A DNA stretch of 62,724 bases, the filler included, from Choristocarpus tenellus KU-1152 (Eukaryota; Protista; Phaeophyceae), in NCBI GenBank assembly GCA_964200185.2. It is 9 parts of 9 records of this genome, joined end to end, with 100 filler letters (N's around TTAATTAATTAA, not from the genome) between each part and the next. Parts side by side here need not be neighbours in the genome. Positions count along the whole stretch, not along the records: positions 27,913 to 38,393 come from CAXNAD020002901.1; positions 38,494 to 46,686 come from CAXNAD020005020.1; 7 more parts are not named here. The stretch is one strand, 5' to 3'. Every line of letters starts with the position of its first letter. The stretch's first letter is position 1. The notes under the pieces were generated by a model. That model worked only from the letters and a program-made list of their open reading frames with translations. It was not told the DNA's origin and ran no database searches. Shown in pieces: positions 27,813 to 40,729 of this stretch. The translations under genes were made by a program, and so were the position numbers.

Positions 27813-28509
27813 NNNNNNNNNNNNNNNNNNNNNNNNNNNNNNNNNNNNNNNNNNNNTTAATTAATTAANNNNNNNNNNNNNNNNNNNNNNNNNNNNNNNN
27901 NNNNNNNNNNNNCCCCCCCCCCCGGATGGCATTGTCAAAACGAAGCTGTCGCACATCGAGAACAAAACAAAAGTATCATGAGAAAAATTGATACATATTC
28001 GAATCGCAAAACACAAAAAAAAAAACTCCAGCGTGCAAAAATTGACTCCAAAAAGAAAACACAGCAGAAGATGGGGAGCGGAGCATCGTCTACAGCAAGC
28101 CTCACACAAGAAAGGAACGGTTTCAGGTGGAAACAGAGTAAGCGGTGCCTGGACCGGGCGGCGGGGAAAAAAAGGCTACAGAAATGTAGATGACACCACA
28201 GGAACACAGAACACCGCCAAGAAATCAAGTGTGCAAGGGGAGGGGGCCAGAAAACGCTTAATTCGTCAAAGGAACAACGCAACAATCACACTCTTTTCTT
28301 TTCGTCGGCAATAAAAAAAAATTTAAAAAAGGTTTTTTTCTTTTTTTTCACGCTACAAAAAAAAAAATCAAAAGTTCGTACCTTCTGAGAATATCCCCTC
28401 TAGACACTTTCTCTGCCCCCGCTCGTCATCAAAAAAAAAAAATACTCTAGAAGACATGACCTCACCCCCCCCCCACCCATTCTCAACCTATCGACTCTGA
28501 GACACTCAC

Positions 28510-31500
28510 TTTGGTTCCAGGCAAGAACCCTTCGCCCTGAATCTTCAGCTTCGGGGTAGACTGATAGATGCTGAGCTCCTGGTGAGAGGCAACTGTAACT
28601 CCGTGCCCTTCGAGATCAGCCTGAATCTCAGCAATCGTAACTCCATTCAACTGCACCCAAGGATCACGTAACAAATATTCACACGTCCATTTTGTATTGG
28701 TGAATAAATCAAGCCGATCATGTACCCTCCGGTTCCATGAAGCATCAAGAAATATCTCACAACAGGAAATCGAACAAAATTCCAAGGAGGCACAACACAC
28801 AACACACAACACACAATACACAATACACAACACAGATCACGTTCAATACTACTGGTGGAACCAGTCCCTTACAACAACAAAAAAGTTCAGGTCACACACA
28901 TCCCAAAAAATCACTTCAAATAATAACACGTACGTATTAACCAATCCAACTAAACCGCCCATCACAAAAATAAAGAGAACACAATTTTAGTACAGATAAT
29001 CAATCTTAAGAGCAAGAATTTTGCGAGGTGAGATGTCACCGTTTCGCAGGGAGACTCTTCACGACTCACGCCTGGGTTCAGAGGGAGACGACCTCCTCCG
29101 GTGTTGATGGCGACCACCTTCAGCGGGCCAGGTTCACTGCACCAAACAACCTTATCAACATCACTGTATGTCTTCGTCAACAAAATCTGGGTAGATGAAA
29201 TGATCTGCAGATGTACAGTGAAGGAAGGATGAGGGGGGGGGGGCGGGGGCGGGGGCGGGGGCGGGTTGACAAGTGACATATGACGGTTATACAACGAAAC
29301 ACAAAAACTTCAGAACAATTTCTGACAAACCTGCGAGTTTTTTTTTCAAGTCATCGGAGCAGGGGGGGGCAGCCACAGGAATAAAATTAGGGTAAATAAT
29401 GTAGTCTGTAGCAATACAGATAAAAATAGTATTTTAGGGGCAAATTCAACGAGTTTGATTTTTGGTACGATCAAACCCTACAAACATGAGGGCAGGGCGG
29501 GAGTGGTGCAGCATCTTCAAGTAAGAAATGACAAAACAAATAAGCGTACATTTCAGTGGTATCTGCATTACAACAATACTTAAAACAACACGAGCAAGGT
29601 TTGCACCGAGCTTACCTGAGCATGGTCAAGCACGGTTGGAATAATCAAGCATAAATTCGTAAAAAGGGTGCAGGACAAATGCATACTGTAAATTGATTGC
29701 AACAAACTTAAACTCTCCTTTTGAGTTTGATTTCCTGGGCATCACAACCCTCACATCTTCTTAAAACCTCTATCAACATCTTTCTCACCAAACAAGGGAT
29801 ATATATATATATGTGTATGTGTGTGTATAACATCCTTCCATGCTGCCTACAGCTGTCCTACTTAGCCAAGCAGACAGTCAATGACCGCACTCAAACCTGA
29901 AGCAAACAGCAAAAAGAAGCACTGACCTTCTTAGACATGGTGATACCCTCAGGGAGGGGTGGATCAAAGAAAAGATCGGTCTTCTTCACATTGAAGTTTG
30001 TTCCATTCACCATTATCTTGGGAGTAGCACCCATAAACACATTCTTCTTAGACGCTTGCACAGTCGGAGTCGGCAGCACAGTCGCTACCTGTTTTAGAGA
30101 GACAAACACACACATAAACACATAAAGATACACATATACACACAAGTACAGGAGGAAAAGGTTGAGGAAGGGGATCATAATGGAATATGTAGAGCCCCAG
30201 AAGAGATACCATGGAACCGTACAGTCAGTAGATACTGTGGACGAGAGGAGAGTGTCCTACAATTTAATGTAAGATCAATGCTTTCATCAGGACAAGTAAT
30301 TCACATAATTAATAACTTTCAAAATAACAGATAATCGCAACCAAAAGAGAATCTAACATGAACATAAAACAGTTCAGATGAGTTCAGCCACGCCCGGAAG
30401 TACACATTAAAACAGCCGTAACTGTCACTGGAACAAACAGTTCCAATCAAACTTGAGACTAAAATGTTCCCGTTCAGCACTAGTCACACCCATCAAAAGT
30501 GCCCCAACAGAAATCACTTCACTTCACTTTTACAGAAGTTAACCCCTATGATACACTAAATGCTCGCACAGGAACAAACTTTTGACATCAGAGACCCAGC
30601 CCGCTAGCTAGCTTGAAGACAGCACCAATTTCCAAGTTCCACCGCAATTGGACCGTCACCCAAGCCCTCGCACAAAAAAAGTAAAAAAAAACGGATAGAG
30701 ATTTTTTTTTAAATACTTCTTATCGGTATTTGTATTCAACTTGATCAGACCTTTCCATTGAGAAAAAATATATTCGTCTAACCTTACTAAAAAAAATTAA
30801 AAGAAAATTCAGTATTGAGTTTTATTTACTACGGAGAGGAACCAACCAGTTCCGGTCTACCCACTGCATTCACCTCTCGTGTACAAGAGAAGAGAGAGAC
30901 CCTTTCATACCCAGAATAGGATTCTTACTCTAGGAGTCAGATGTACACCCAGGAAATGTATATATATATATTCCAAATTTCTACCAAAGTGCGGTTGTAT
31001 CGGCGTTAAAGAACCAAACTAAGTAGGCATCAAAAAAAATCCTTCAATATAACCATGTAAGAAAAAAATAAGAAACAAAAGGTAGACGTAACTATAACAT
31101 CATCTACCACATATTCTTCCTTTGCTATATACGCCGTTCTTGAGAAACATAAAAATATTTCCAGGTGTTTCTCCAAAAAATATTAAATGTCTTTTTTCAA
31201 GCTCCTCCAATGATCATTCTGTTCTGGCTGATACAGCACATACATAACTCACAGTATACCATAATAAAGTATCATGATTACCTTCTACATCCTTGATATT
31301 AAAGACCACGATCATGCACAGATAAACGCAATAGGGAACTAGTCAAACCACAAGACAGTCGGCAAAACCAAGATTTTATTCTTGGTAGGGATGCTCATAG
31401 ATGGGTGGCCCGACGTTGAAGAAGTGCCTCGTTAAGTTCCCTGAATAAAAAATGAACTTCTATCAAAAGGCTTTGCAAAAGCCTTCAAATCAAAAGTGGT

Positions 31501-34500
31501 CATTGGAACACTTTTGATTCAGGTATGGTTGGACCCAAACTCCATAACATGTGACCAAATGTCCTCATTTAGTACCGGCCTACCCAGAAAATACATGTTC
31601 TCCTGCTAAGGAGAGTAGGCGTGCTAAGACCCTAGAGAGATACGAAATGTAAACCACGAGATAATGCTTAGTTGAATAAATCTATTATTGAAAGCCAAAA
31701 GTTCTTCGGAGTGTCGTCATTACCAGTTAGTCCTCCGTAGTCGGAGGCAGGGGAACACTCATAGGCACGCTAAAAGAAAATTAGCAACGATACTCAACCA
31801 ATTCTGTCAATATAGGGTTAAGGTCACAAACTCTCATTAACAGCAATATTGCAGCATGTTAGACCCTTCATGTCATACCCTTTCACCGTCTCAAAATAGA
31901 AAAAAAAAATATATATATATATACATAAATCGCTACGTTGACATCGCACTCTGAAGATATCTCTCATGTTCTTGAGGAGAGCATTAATCCCTGGCACAGC
32001 CACTGCAATCTGCTATTCCTGAAGCGTCCCATCAAGGCTGTGGACTCAGAACAGCAAAAACTCAACCGATAATCTCTTCAAAACCCATTTCTACCTGCCA
32101 GCATAGGACACCATCAAGAACCACAGACCAACCATACCAGTTTAAACACAAAACAGAACAAAAATGACTTGAGTCGTTCTCACTGTTCTATTGCTATTGC
32201 TTGCCCTACAAAGTCCATCCCCACCATGAAACTTCCATCCAATAAGCGTATCTTACGTTCTCAATTTTCTACTCTTCCCAATGGTAACAAAAAAACTCGT
32301 AATATTAATCTTTGCAGGAGCTTCTACCACATCTGCAAATTTTGCTAACCTGTAACACTGACAACCTTTTCAAACCTCCAAGACCCTTGATGCCGACATC
32401 ACCACTTACCCCTCCACCCACCCATCCCCTTTCAATCCACACAAACCACCCATGCGCCCCATTTCAGAAGTACCTGAACAGGTTCATCCAAAATGGAGTC
32501 CTCCCCAACCTTCACTGCAGATAGAAAAAGAGGCTGCGGGCTAGATCCATCGTCCAAGACTATCCACCTTCACAGGATTAAGGGTTGAAGGGGGAAGGGG
32601 GGGAAGATAGGAGCAAGACGAGGTCCAGTTGAAATTGTGTTGGTCAATAGATAATATATACCTGACCCATCAAACACACATGTGGTAATACACCTATCTT
32701 TCTTCATGGAATTCATTTAACCTCAAACAGCACATTGAAATCTACCACCTAGAAAATCCAAGCCCTTCCAAACCAATGACAAAGTATCTTGAAGCAGATT
32801 AACCAGTACAAACGAGGTAGAGACCACTCAAATCTTGCACAGCAGTATCACAGAGACCCTTAAGACGCAAGGCATCTATTCCGAAGTAACCTCGGGAGGA
32901 AGTACCAGATCACAGGGTTTCATTAGTACAAAATATCAACCCATGCGAGTTTTGGTGGAACTTCAAAAAAGACAAATCGATTCAAAATCAGAATCTGACA
33001 CCTAACCTTCAATGGAACCAGAGAAGAATAAACTCAACTTTAACACACTCCACAAGCAACTCTACTGCTTGCTTTTTCCTCTCTTCCTTGGACTCTTGGA
33101 TGTTCAAAGTCATCGATATGTTGCAGTAAACAGGATATATAGCACTACACTAAAACAGTCCATTAGAACTTCTATACATACCTGAACTCAACCGGTATAC
33201 ACTAAACCCCAAGACATGAGGTCAAATTTGTGACCCTACAGACACTTCACACTACAAAGCCGTTGCTTCCAGGCTCACATCAATCTTATCCCACAGTCAA
33301 GCACATTGAAGCCAACCCCTCTCATACAAACAAAAAAACGTCTCCACCTCCCCCTCCTGCCTACTGTGCTGGTCCACTTTAAGTACCGACCCTGTTTTAT
33401 TGGATCTGCAAACTTCCAGTTTCAGGATACTTGTTCAGTTTCCTTCAGAATTTTTCCTTGGAACAAGGGTCACATCGCCCGCTGCTTCCCCGTGATTCCA
33501 AACGCAAAAAAAAGTGAGTAGACTTATCTCGTCCAGATGTTGGAATGATCGCCTCTACACATCCCCAGCACTATCCAGTGCATGTGCTAGACTACTCGTG
33601 GCAGAACATTGACAAAATGTCATGGACAGAACCAACAAACATGAGACAGACGGAAAATCAACAAAACAATTCAGGTCCTTCTGAACCTTAAAAAAGATGA
33701 GTATATCAATATTCTGAGCTTGTGTTGGTTGCATCAGGAAACCATGCTACAAGGAGAGAGGGATAGCTGCGGTTACTCTAAAAAAGCCCACACGTTTATT
33801 TGTTCCTACATTCAGCTGCTATGCCGTCAGAAAAACCTTCTCAATATTTCAGAGGATATTCACAATTTTGTGGACAATTCGACATATAGAGAAAATTGGG
33901 CTTCAATGGACAATGCTTACCTCATTCCTGCAATTTACGTCCTCACATTTGTTGATGGGCATCAGGGTATTCCAACTCAACATAAGAAAATTTCATACAC
34001 ATCCAGTATAAAATTACCAGGGACCATGAGAACGTAAACAGAAAGGGGCACTACCTCTCCTGTGGGATTTCAACCACAAACATTTGAAAAAGCACCTAGG
34101 ATCACAGTTGGTACTGTGTCCAATCTTACCACAACAGCAAATATAGATGTAACTTACATAGCACTCGACAAGCAACTTGTCAGATCTCCCTGAAGGAAAA
34201 CGGAGGTGGAATACTTGGAACATTTTCGCGAGTTCGGCAAACTGTCATGGATAATGATAACCTTAACACTGGAAGTTCGTGGGTTAAAACCACGGGCATT
34301 CCTGGGATCTAAAGGTTCCAGGGATCATGAAATTTGTATTTATCACTTCCAGGAATTTTGGGAGCATCGAAAGCGCGTCGGGTGGGAAAGAGGAGATACT
34401 TACGCGGAGCCAGCCTGGAGCGTGAGCACAAGCGCTGTATCACCCGAGATCTCCAATGTATAATCGGTGCCAATGCTCCGCTTGGGTAAGAATGTTAGAT

Positions 34501-35057
34501 CTAACGAGGTGGGGTCAGCTATAGAGGAAAAGCCTGTTCCCTTGATGCGGAGTTTTGGCTGAATGTTGTAGGCATAGTCGACCTTCTCCTCGATAGATAT
34601 CTGCAGAGAATCATCGGTAAGACGTCAGGCGCAATTGAACAGAAGTTAGAAGCACAGGGGAAGTTTGAGGCAGGTCAGATGTAAGGAAAAGGCGATCCAA
34701 CAAGTGAATGACAAATGAGGATGCCCAACTGCGTGTGAATTTTACATCCTGAAACATGTTTGGGTGAACTCACACAAAGTCACTGACTTGTGCGTGGAGA
34801 AGGGCAGTCCTGGGTTTTGGTCGAAAGAAGATACTCAACAGATCTCATATTCAATACTACAGTTCTAAAGAAGCAAAGGGCAACTCCTAGGCATGATAAG
34901 GAGACGGGAAGGTTTCTGAGAGACGCGGGACAAATAGACTGGGAATCAACTACATGGAGGAAGAAGAGGTGTAAAATAATCTCACATTTGCATAGACTGA
35001 GCAAGCGAAGGATACCAGAAACGCAACTGGCCCTGCCAATCGCCAAAGAAGGACCAT
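28510..35057 (-). CDS. Predicted secreted/surface protein with tandem ~110-120 aa beta-rich repeats, 3'-partial; exons 35057-34986, 34600-34404, 32567-32474, 30088-29927, 29204-29070, 28650-28510
   Basis: Six GT-AG exons splice in frame (phases 0,2,0,0,0). The N-terminus MVLLWRLAGPVAFLVSFACSVYAN looks like a signal peptide. Repeat motifs recur: PKLRIKGTGF / PKIMVNGTNF / PKLKIQGEGF; W..PQPLFL / W..EPGPLKV; VQVATV / VTIAEI. Confidence 0.85.
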
Positions 35058-36470
35058 CTTGCACGACTGCACCAGCACCCCAAGGGCGAGGTGAGATTTG
35101 TTCCGCAACCTGAAGTGTTCCTCTCCAAGAGTTTCCGACAAAGGTTGGAACTTTTGGAGGGAAGTAAGCAACGCGATCCTCCTCACCGAATGGTAATCTA
35201 CCTTCCCCAAGTCCGCCGTTTATAAATCGATCCCGCAAAGTTGTGGTTTTATCACAGTAGGGAGGGTGTCGTCTACCACCCACTCTTTTGGTTTTGTTCT
35301 TCGTTCCTATCAATACTGAAACCAAACCTCTCAGCTATTCAACCACTATAAATCTATGTTATATATGTAATTCGAATCATATGTATATAACGATATGCGA
35401 TATGTAGCAGATTGTGATTTGATTATCTACCGTATACATGGTTATATATATTTTTGATTTCTATATTATTTTATATATGTATTTTTATAGGTGTATCTGA
35501 AGAAAAAAAATGCCTTTTGGTATTACTATTTTATTATATTATTATGACTTTCACATTTTGATGTGTCAGACGGAAACCAATGAAAATTATATGCAGTGTC
35601 AGTTTTAAGCCCTGAAGAAATAAAGTGTCATTAATGTGAAAGATACTAATCAAATTGTATTATTTTTTATATATTATGAATAACCAATTTGACTCATTTG
35701 ATTACTATTACATTCTCAACTCAAAGGAAACAGAAAATACAGCATACGCCCCTTGGATACGTACTGGATCATCATTGTATTTTCTTCTTGCAAATGCTGA
35801 AGACATTCTACTACTACTCTTCTCTACTGTAGTATCACTTGCAATTTCTTTAGAACCAAATTAGATCTCACTTTTGTTATTTTCATTTATCATATTTTCC
35901 CCTTTCGCTTCATATTCAAATTGTTGACCTTCTCTCAATAACCACAATCCACAAAATATCAGAACGATCATCTGACAAGAGACAATTCTTAATCTATATA
36001 GTACAGTATTATACTTTCATTGGAAGATAATTCTCTCATTTTCTACGTTGGTCACATTCTTTGTTGGAGTAGTATGATGGGAAAATGGATACAATATTAA
36101 ACTCTTTAGAATATGATTTGGAACATTTTATATTGGTTTTTGTTTTGTTACATAAAACAAGTAATTCACACGTATTGCGAATAGAGATACATATGATGAA
36201 TGAATTTCATAGATAAACTGCTTTCGAGTAGTATTTTATCTTTCAATTGATTCTACTTCCTTTGATCTCATCTTAATAAAAGGTCTTGAATTCCAAAAAC
36301 GGTCCTACAGATTCATGTAGTGGCTAGATGTATTGTGTGCGGATTGAGAATCATATTGAATACTTCGATTTACTATAAATGGTACTACCAATGTGTGTAT
36401 GACATGGGTATAGTTTTCATTGGTTCCCCCCTGACACATCTACAAAATGTCAGAGGGTATAATACTAATA

Positions 36471-36745
36471 GTTGAAAGTTTTGGTCACCTCGGCAAACAA
36501 GCGGAATGTTCCTGGATGAGCTGGCTACTCATATGGTGGGGAGGGGGAGAGGACTGGGAGGATATACCAGGAAAGGAGCAGATAAATCCCTGCTACGCCA
36601 AATAGTCTCGGTAACTTCGCAAGTGGGACTGTCTAAACGTGTCATGCGTTTTAAGGTGGATTCACCAGGGAGATGGGCACGGCGGGGTTTATTGGATTAT
36701 TGGGATACCTCCCTAGGCCTCCCACCAAATTACAGATATAGGTAG
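36471..36745 (+). mobile_element. 5'-truncated non-LTR retrotransposon, C-terminus of restriction-like endonuclease (RLE) domain
   Basis: VESFGHLGKQA/(frameshift)MFLDELATHMVG...RKG...LRQIVSVTSQVGLSKRVMRFK resembles the xVESxGxxG...Q...S end of RLE-type LINE ORFs. The 3' part recurs at 56087-56154. Confidence 0.7.
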
Positions 36746-38493
36746 ATTGGAGACACAGGAAGGCAGTAGTACAACATAGATAGTGGTTAAGTAACAAATA
36801 GATTGGTGTTTTTCACATTCATGACATTTTATTTATTTCGGGCTTACACTGATATGTGTTAAGTTTTTATTGCTTCCCTCCCCCCTTGACACATCTCCAT
36901 AATGTCAGACGGCATAATAATAGAAATAAAAGGATATTCGTGATGCCTACCTCCAGAGTATAGGGTTCGTTTTTTTTCGCCATTTTTTCAATTAAGAAAG
37001 AGCCCTCATATTGGGGTTCGAACCCTGTATTGTAGGTCACCAAGAGTGGCAGCAGTACACTATTACATTATTGAAGTATAGGGTTTAGGGAGGGAAAAAA
37101 AAAGGCTCCCACCCTTTCTTCTTGTGTGTTCGCGCACCCACTCTTTGGCTCGGCAAGGATGTCCTCGTCGACGCCCAGCACGAAATGCCTCTCGTAGCGC
37201 CCTTGCTCCAACACCTTGATGTGGCCCTTAGTTAGGAAGTCTCTCTCCCATTTATTATTATTATTATTCACAGTTTCCGACCTGACCATCACATATCCTG
37301 CTGCCATATCGAGCGTCGTTTGACAGTCTTTCCCGTCCTTCATACACAGGTACAGGATTCGCAGTGTTAGAACCTTTATTATTACATTTTCTCGTTGAGC
37401 GCTGGAAATGGGCGTCGTCCGTGTTTCCTGGGCGGGTGATATTTTATCGTCAAGGTGCAAGGGCGAGGGAGGACAGGCTTGAGTTGATCAAAAATTGTGT
37501 CGATTTCTCGAATGAATGCTGACCAGGAGAAAGCCTCAATCAACTTTATACGTCCAACGCTAAGCCCAGGAACAAGAGTGAAGGTACGGCATCTTACAAG
37601 AAGTGTGAGACACCAAACCATCAGTGTGCAAATTGTCTCAATCTCACCTCTTCTTCTTCCCTGGCATCCTCATCGATGGCCACCTCCACCTGCTTTGCCA
37701 CCTCTTCTAAGTAGAGGATTCGGTGGTATCGAAACGTTTCCACAGCTGCCTTTGTTACGATCGCTTTCTCCTCTGTCTTGCGAGCCCTTTCGACCTTCTT
37801 TTGGGCTTCAGAGCCCTTGTAGTCCAACCCTAGCACCTTCTTTCTCATTTCCTTAAGCCACTTGGGCCCACATAACTTCCAAACAGCTAGGGCCAGGTAC
37901 AACTGTTGACTACTAAGATATTCTACACCCGGGTTTTCGCTTAGCCATTTGTTGAGCGCAATGGTACACAGTCGCACTGCTCTCCTCCCCAACCTTCCCT
38001 TCGGCCAGTCACTCTGATTCTCCCTTCGCCCACCGTGACCAGACTTCCCCACTGACTTCGTCACTTTACCACCTCTCTTCGTGCTTTCCCGAGCCAGCAG
38101 AGACTGCAGAGCAGTTATCCGACGTGGTTGAAGGTTCAACTACGTTTGTGTGGTATTGCATCTTCTCTCAGCGTCAGTGTCGCGACTGCGTGGTCCATTG
38201 CGCAATTTGATTATGCTGCTGCGCCACAGTACAAGCACTTTCTCATCACCTAACATCGCACCGAATGTCACACAATACTTGTTTTTTTGTCACCTCTTGA
38301 CACAGAAGGTGGTGAGGGTAGATACAGGGAGCAGAGTGACCTCGGTGGCTCTCCTTGTCTCACCGTTGTGGTTCTTGTTTCTGTGAGGGTCACNNNNNNN
38401 NNNNNNNNNNNNNNNNNNNNNNNNNNNNNNNNNNNNNTTAATTAATTAANNNNNNNNNNNNNNNNNNNNNNNNNNNNNNNNNNNNNNNNNNNN

Positions 38494-39020
38494 TTCACTG
38501 TGGACCGAAATCTTCGCATGGATCTGGTGTTTCACGCAGGGGCACTAGCAGATGCTGGAACAGCTCCCTACAGGGACAAAGGTCTCCTCCTGCCACCCTC
38601 GGGATGCCTATTACCCGGCAAAGTTGGTCTAGGTGTTTAACCATCAGTATGTGCTGGCACACTTATCCTCCCGATTAAGGGCAGGTGCGGGCATGTTGGG
38701 ATTCGACATTATGCCTCCTGCATCTGGCCACTGGGCACCTGTTGGATAGAGTCTCCTCCCTCCCTAGAGATCTGCTGACTGTGAGTATAAACTCTAAAGG
38801 AGGAATCTGGCATGCTGTTTCCGGGGGTTACAATGCATTGGTCCTTGTCCACTCTACCTCCAGTGGTCGGCTAGCGCTAGCTAAGAACTTTCCCTCCCTT
38901 GTTCCTGTGCATCATCTAAAAGGGTAGCCAATTGTACCTGAACAGAGTCTAAATGTATCCTATTTAGAAGGTAGGTGATCTTGCGCTGTGCCCTCCTCGT
39001 GATCCTGGCATGATGACCTA
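38494..39020 (-). mobile_element. Degenerate RLE-type LINE fragment (zinc-knuckle region)
   Basis: The minus strand reads IPPLEFILTVSRSLGREETLSNRCPVARCRRHNVESQHARTCP*SGG*VCQH (Cys/His knuckle followed by an H). 38976-39019 matches 46790-46833. Confidence 0.65.
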
Positions 39021-39076
39021 CTATAGTGTAAAACACTGGGATAAGAGTAAGGGTTTTTGTTCCTGCCCAGTCTACC

Positions 39077-39257
39077 GACCCAAAGTATCTGGAGGGGAGG
39101 GGGGGTCTACACCAGGGTGTCCATTTGGACCAAAATCAGGAAACGTGCATTTACATTATCCATTAGACGTATGTAACCAAATCACCCAAAAATCGCGACA
39201 TGAAAAAAATTGACCCCAAATGGACAGCCGTAACCCCCCCCCCAGATACTTTAAGCC
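39077..39257 (+). mobile_element. MITE family A (~180 bp, G/C-run termini), full copy
   Basis: GACCCAAAGTATCTGGAGGGGAGGGG ... CCCCCCCCCCAGATACTTTAAGCC, with internal GTCCATTTGG/CCAAATGGAC inverted motif. No TSD retained. Confidence 0.85.
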
Positions 39258-39690
39258 TTTCCGATAGTGAATTTCATTTTACGCACTCTATTAAGTCAAA
39301 AGAAGTTCACGCATAATGCACTATTTTACTATCATCCAATACTTTGGGGAAGGGACACCAACCATTACTAACTTATTTTAAAATCGCAAGGTTCAATGTC
39401 TGTAGAAAAATACCGACAGAGAAGAAGAAAATATTAGAATGACATACGAGGTATCATCCAATCCGAACACCACTAATCATATATCACACAATGAAAGTTG
39501 ATCAACAGAGAGACACCATACACAAGATATTGAAACAGAAAATCAGAATACATGAGGGAGTGGTGAAACTAACCCTGATCTCCTTGACCTACCTTCTTGT
39601 CTCCTGTTTCAACATGATACATGTATTTATATATACTTGTCACTATTACTGGCATGTCTTTTGATTATGAAACTCTCTGTTGTGTCATCC

Positions 39691-39723
<33 letters not shown>

Positions 39724-40729
39724 CCAACAATCAACACAAAGTAGAAATACATTACCAACACTCATCAACATCACCATTGATATTATGGATGAGAACCCAT
39801 TCAGCACCCCCCAAAAAACTCCGAAGGTGCGTCATCATGTGTCGAAACACATAACGTCATCTTATATTTTTCAAGACCACTTTCCCTTAGATCCAAGTTA
39901 CCACCAAGAACGTCATGACATTCTACAGAAGTAAGCATTCTTCATCCATTCACTGTACCCTTCCACACACTACTATCAACAGTCTTAAGAGTATTTTCCC
40001 ACAATATTATCCTCCATACTCTTCTGAAGATCCAGATCCCAGATTTCATCTACTCGAAAATCAAGAGGTAGTGATCGATCAAGTGTTTCTCGTTTATAAC
40101 AGGGAAGAATCGTTCAGTAACTCCACTCAACCTCTACCACATACTCGTACCTTCGTCATGCTGGAACGGCAATTTCCGGCTCTCTCTCTTGAGTGCAATA
40201 TATTACGTCTCTTTTTAATGAACATCTTCAATTTCAAAAAGGAAAAGAAACGATTGACGACCAACATATATAAATGTATAAAATCTCAAAATATGTCCAA
40301 GTCTTGGAATATAATTACAACATATAAGTATTCGATGGTCCTTCCTCCTCCTCTACAAAAGTAGGCGGGCTGAAAAATCTGAATAATATTTTTGATCAGG
40401 CATAATCATAAACTTCTGACTCTTGTCTTGTTCTACTCAATAAGATATATCTCTTTTTTCAAAAATATCGTTCGCGCGATTGACGCGCATCCTGGGATAT
40501 TCTCCATCTCTCACTCCATAACCAATACCCCTTCCATACCACAACCAATACATCACATTATTGCCCACTGGGGACGTCATTGCCCAAAGATAACCCAGTA
40601 CCTCAGGACGAACTAGTCCCGGCTGGTTCTGAAGGACATTAGGAAGAAATCGTGATATCTTGCGTGGTGTGACGAGTGCTATACCTCCATTGTAGACAGT
40701 CCCATCCTTCACCCTATCCCGCGAAAAGT

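Noticed and set aside
27935-28314. Several overlapping 70-116 aa ORFs
   Set aside because: A-run-rich low-complexity sequence downstream of the last identified exon; no coding signature.
34780-35325. 181-aa ORF as a gene
   Set aside because: It overlaps the real first exon (35057-34986) in another frame and runs through an intron.
35605-35645. Possible hammerhead ribozyme (CTGAAGA...GAAA) in family C; also CTGATGA..GAAA near 18099 (+) and 53342-53353 (-)
   Set aside because: No credible stem II, and the core is not conserved in other family C copies.
37005-37060. tRNA-like GGGGTTCGAACCC
   Set aside because: Only a B-box-like hairpin; no cloverleaf can be folded.
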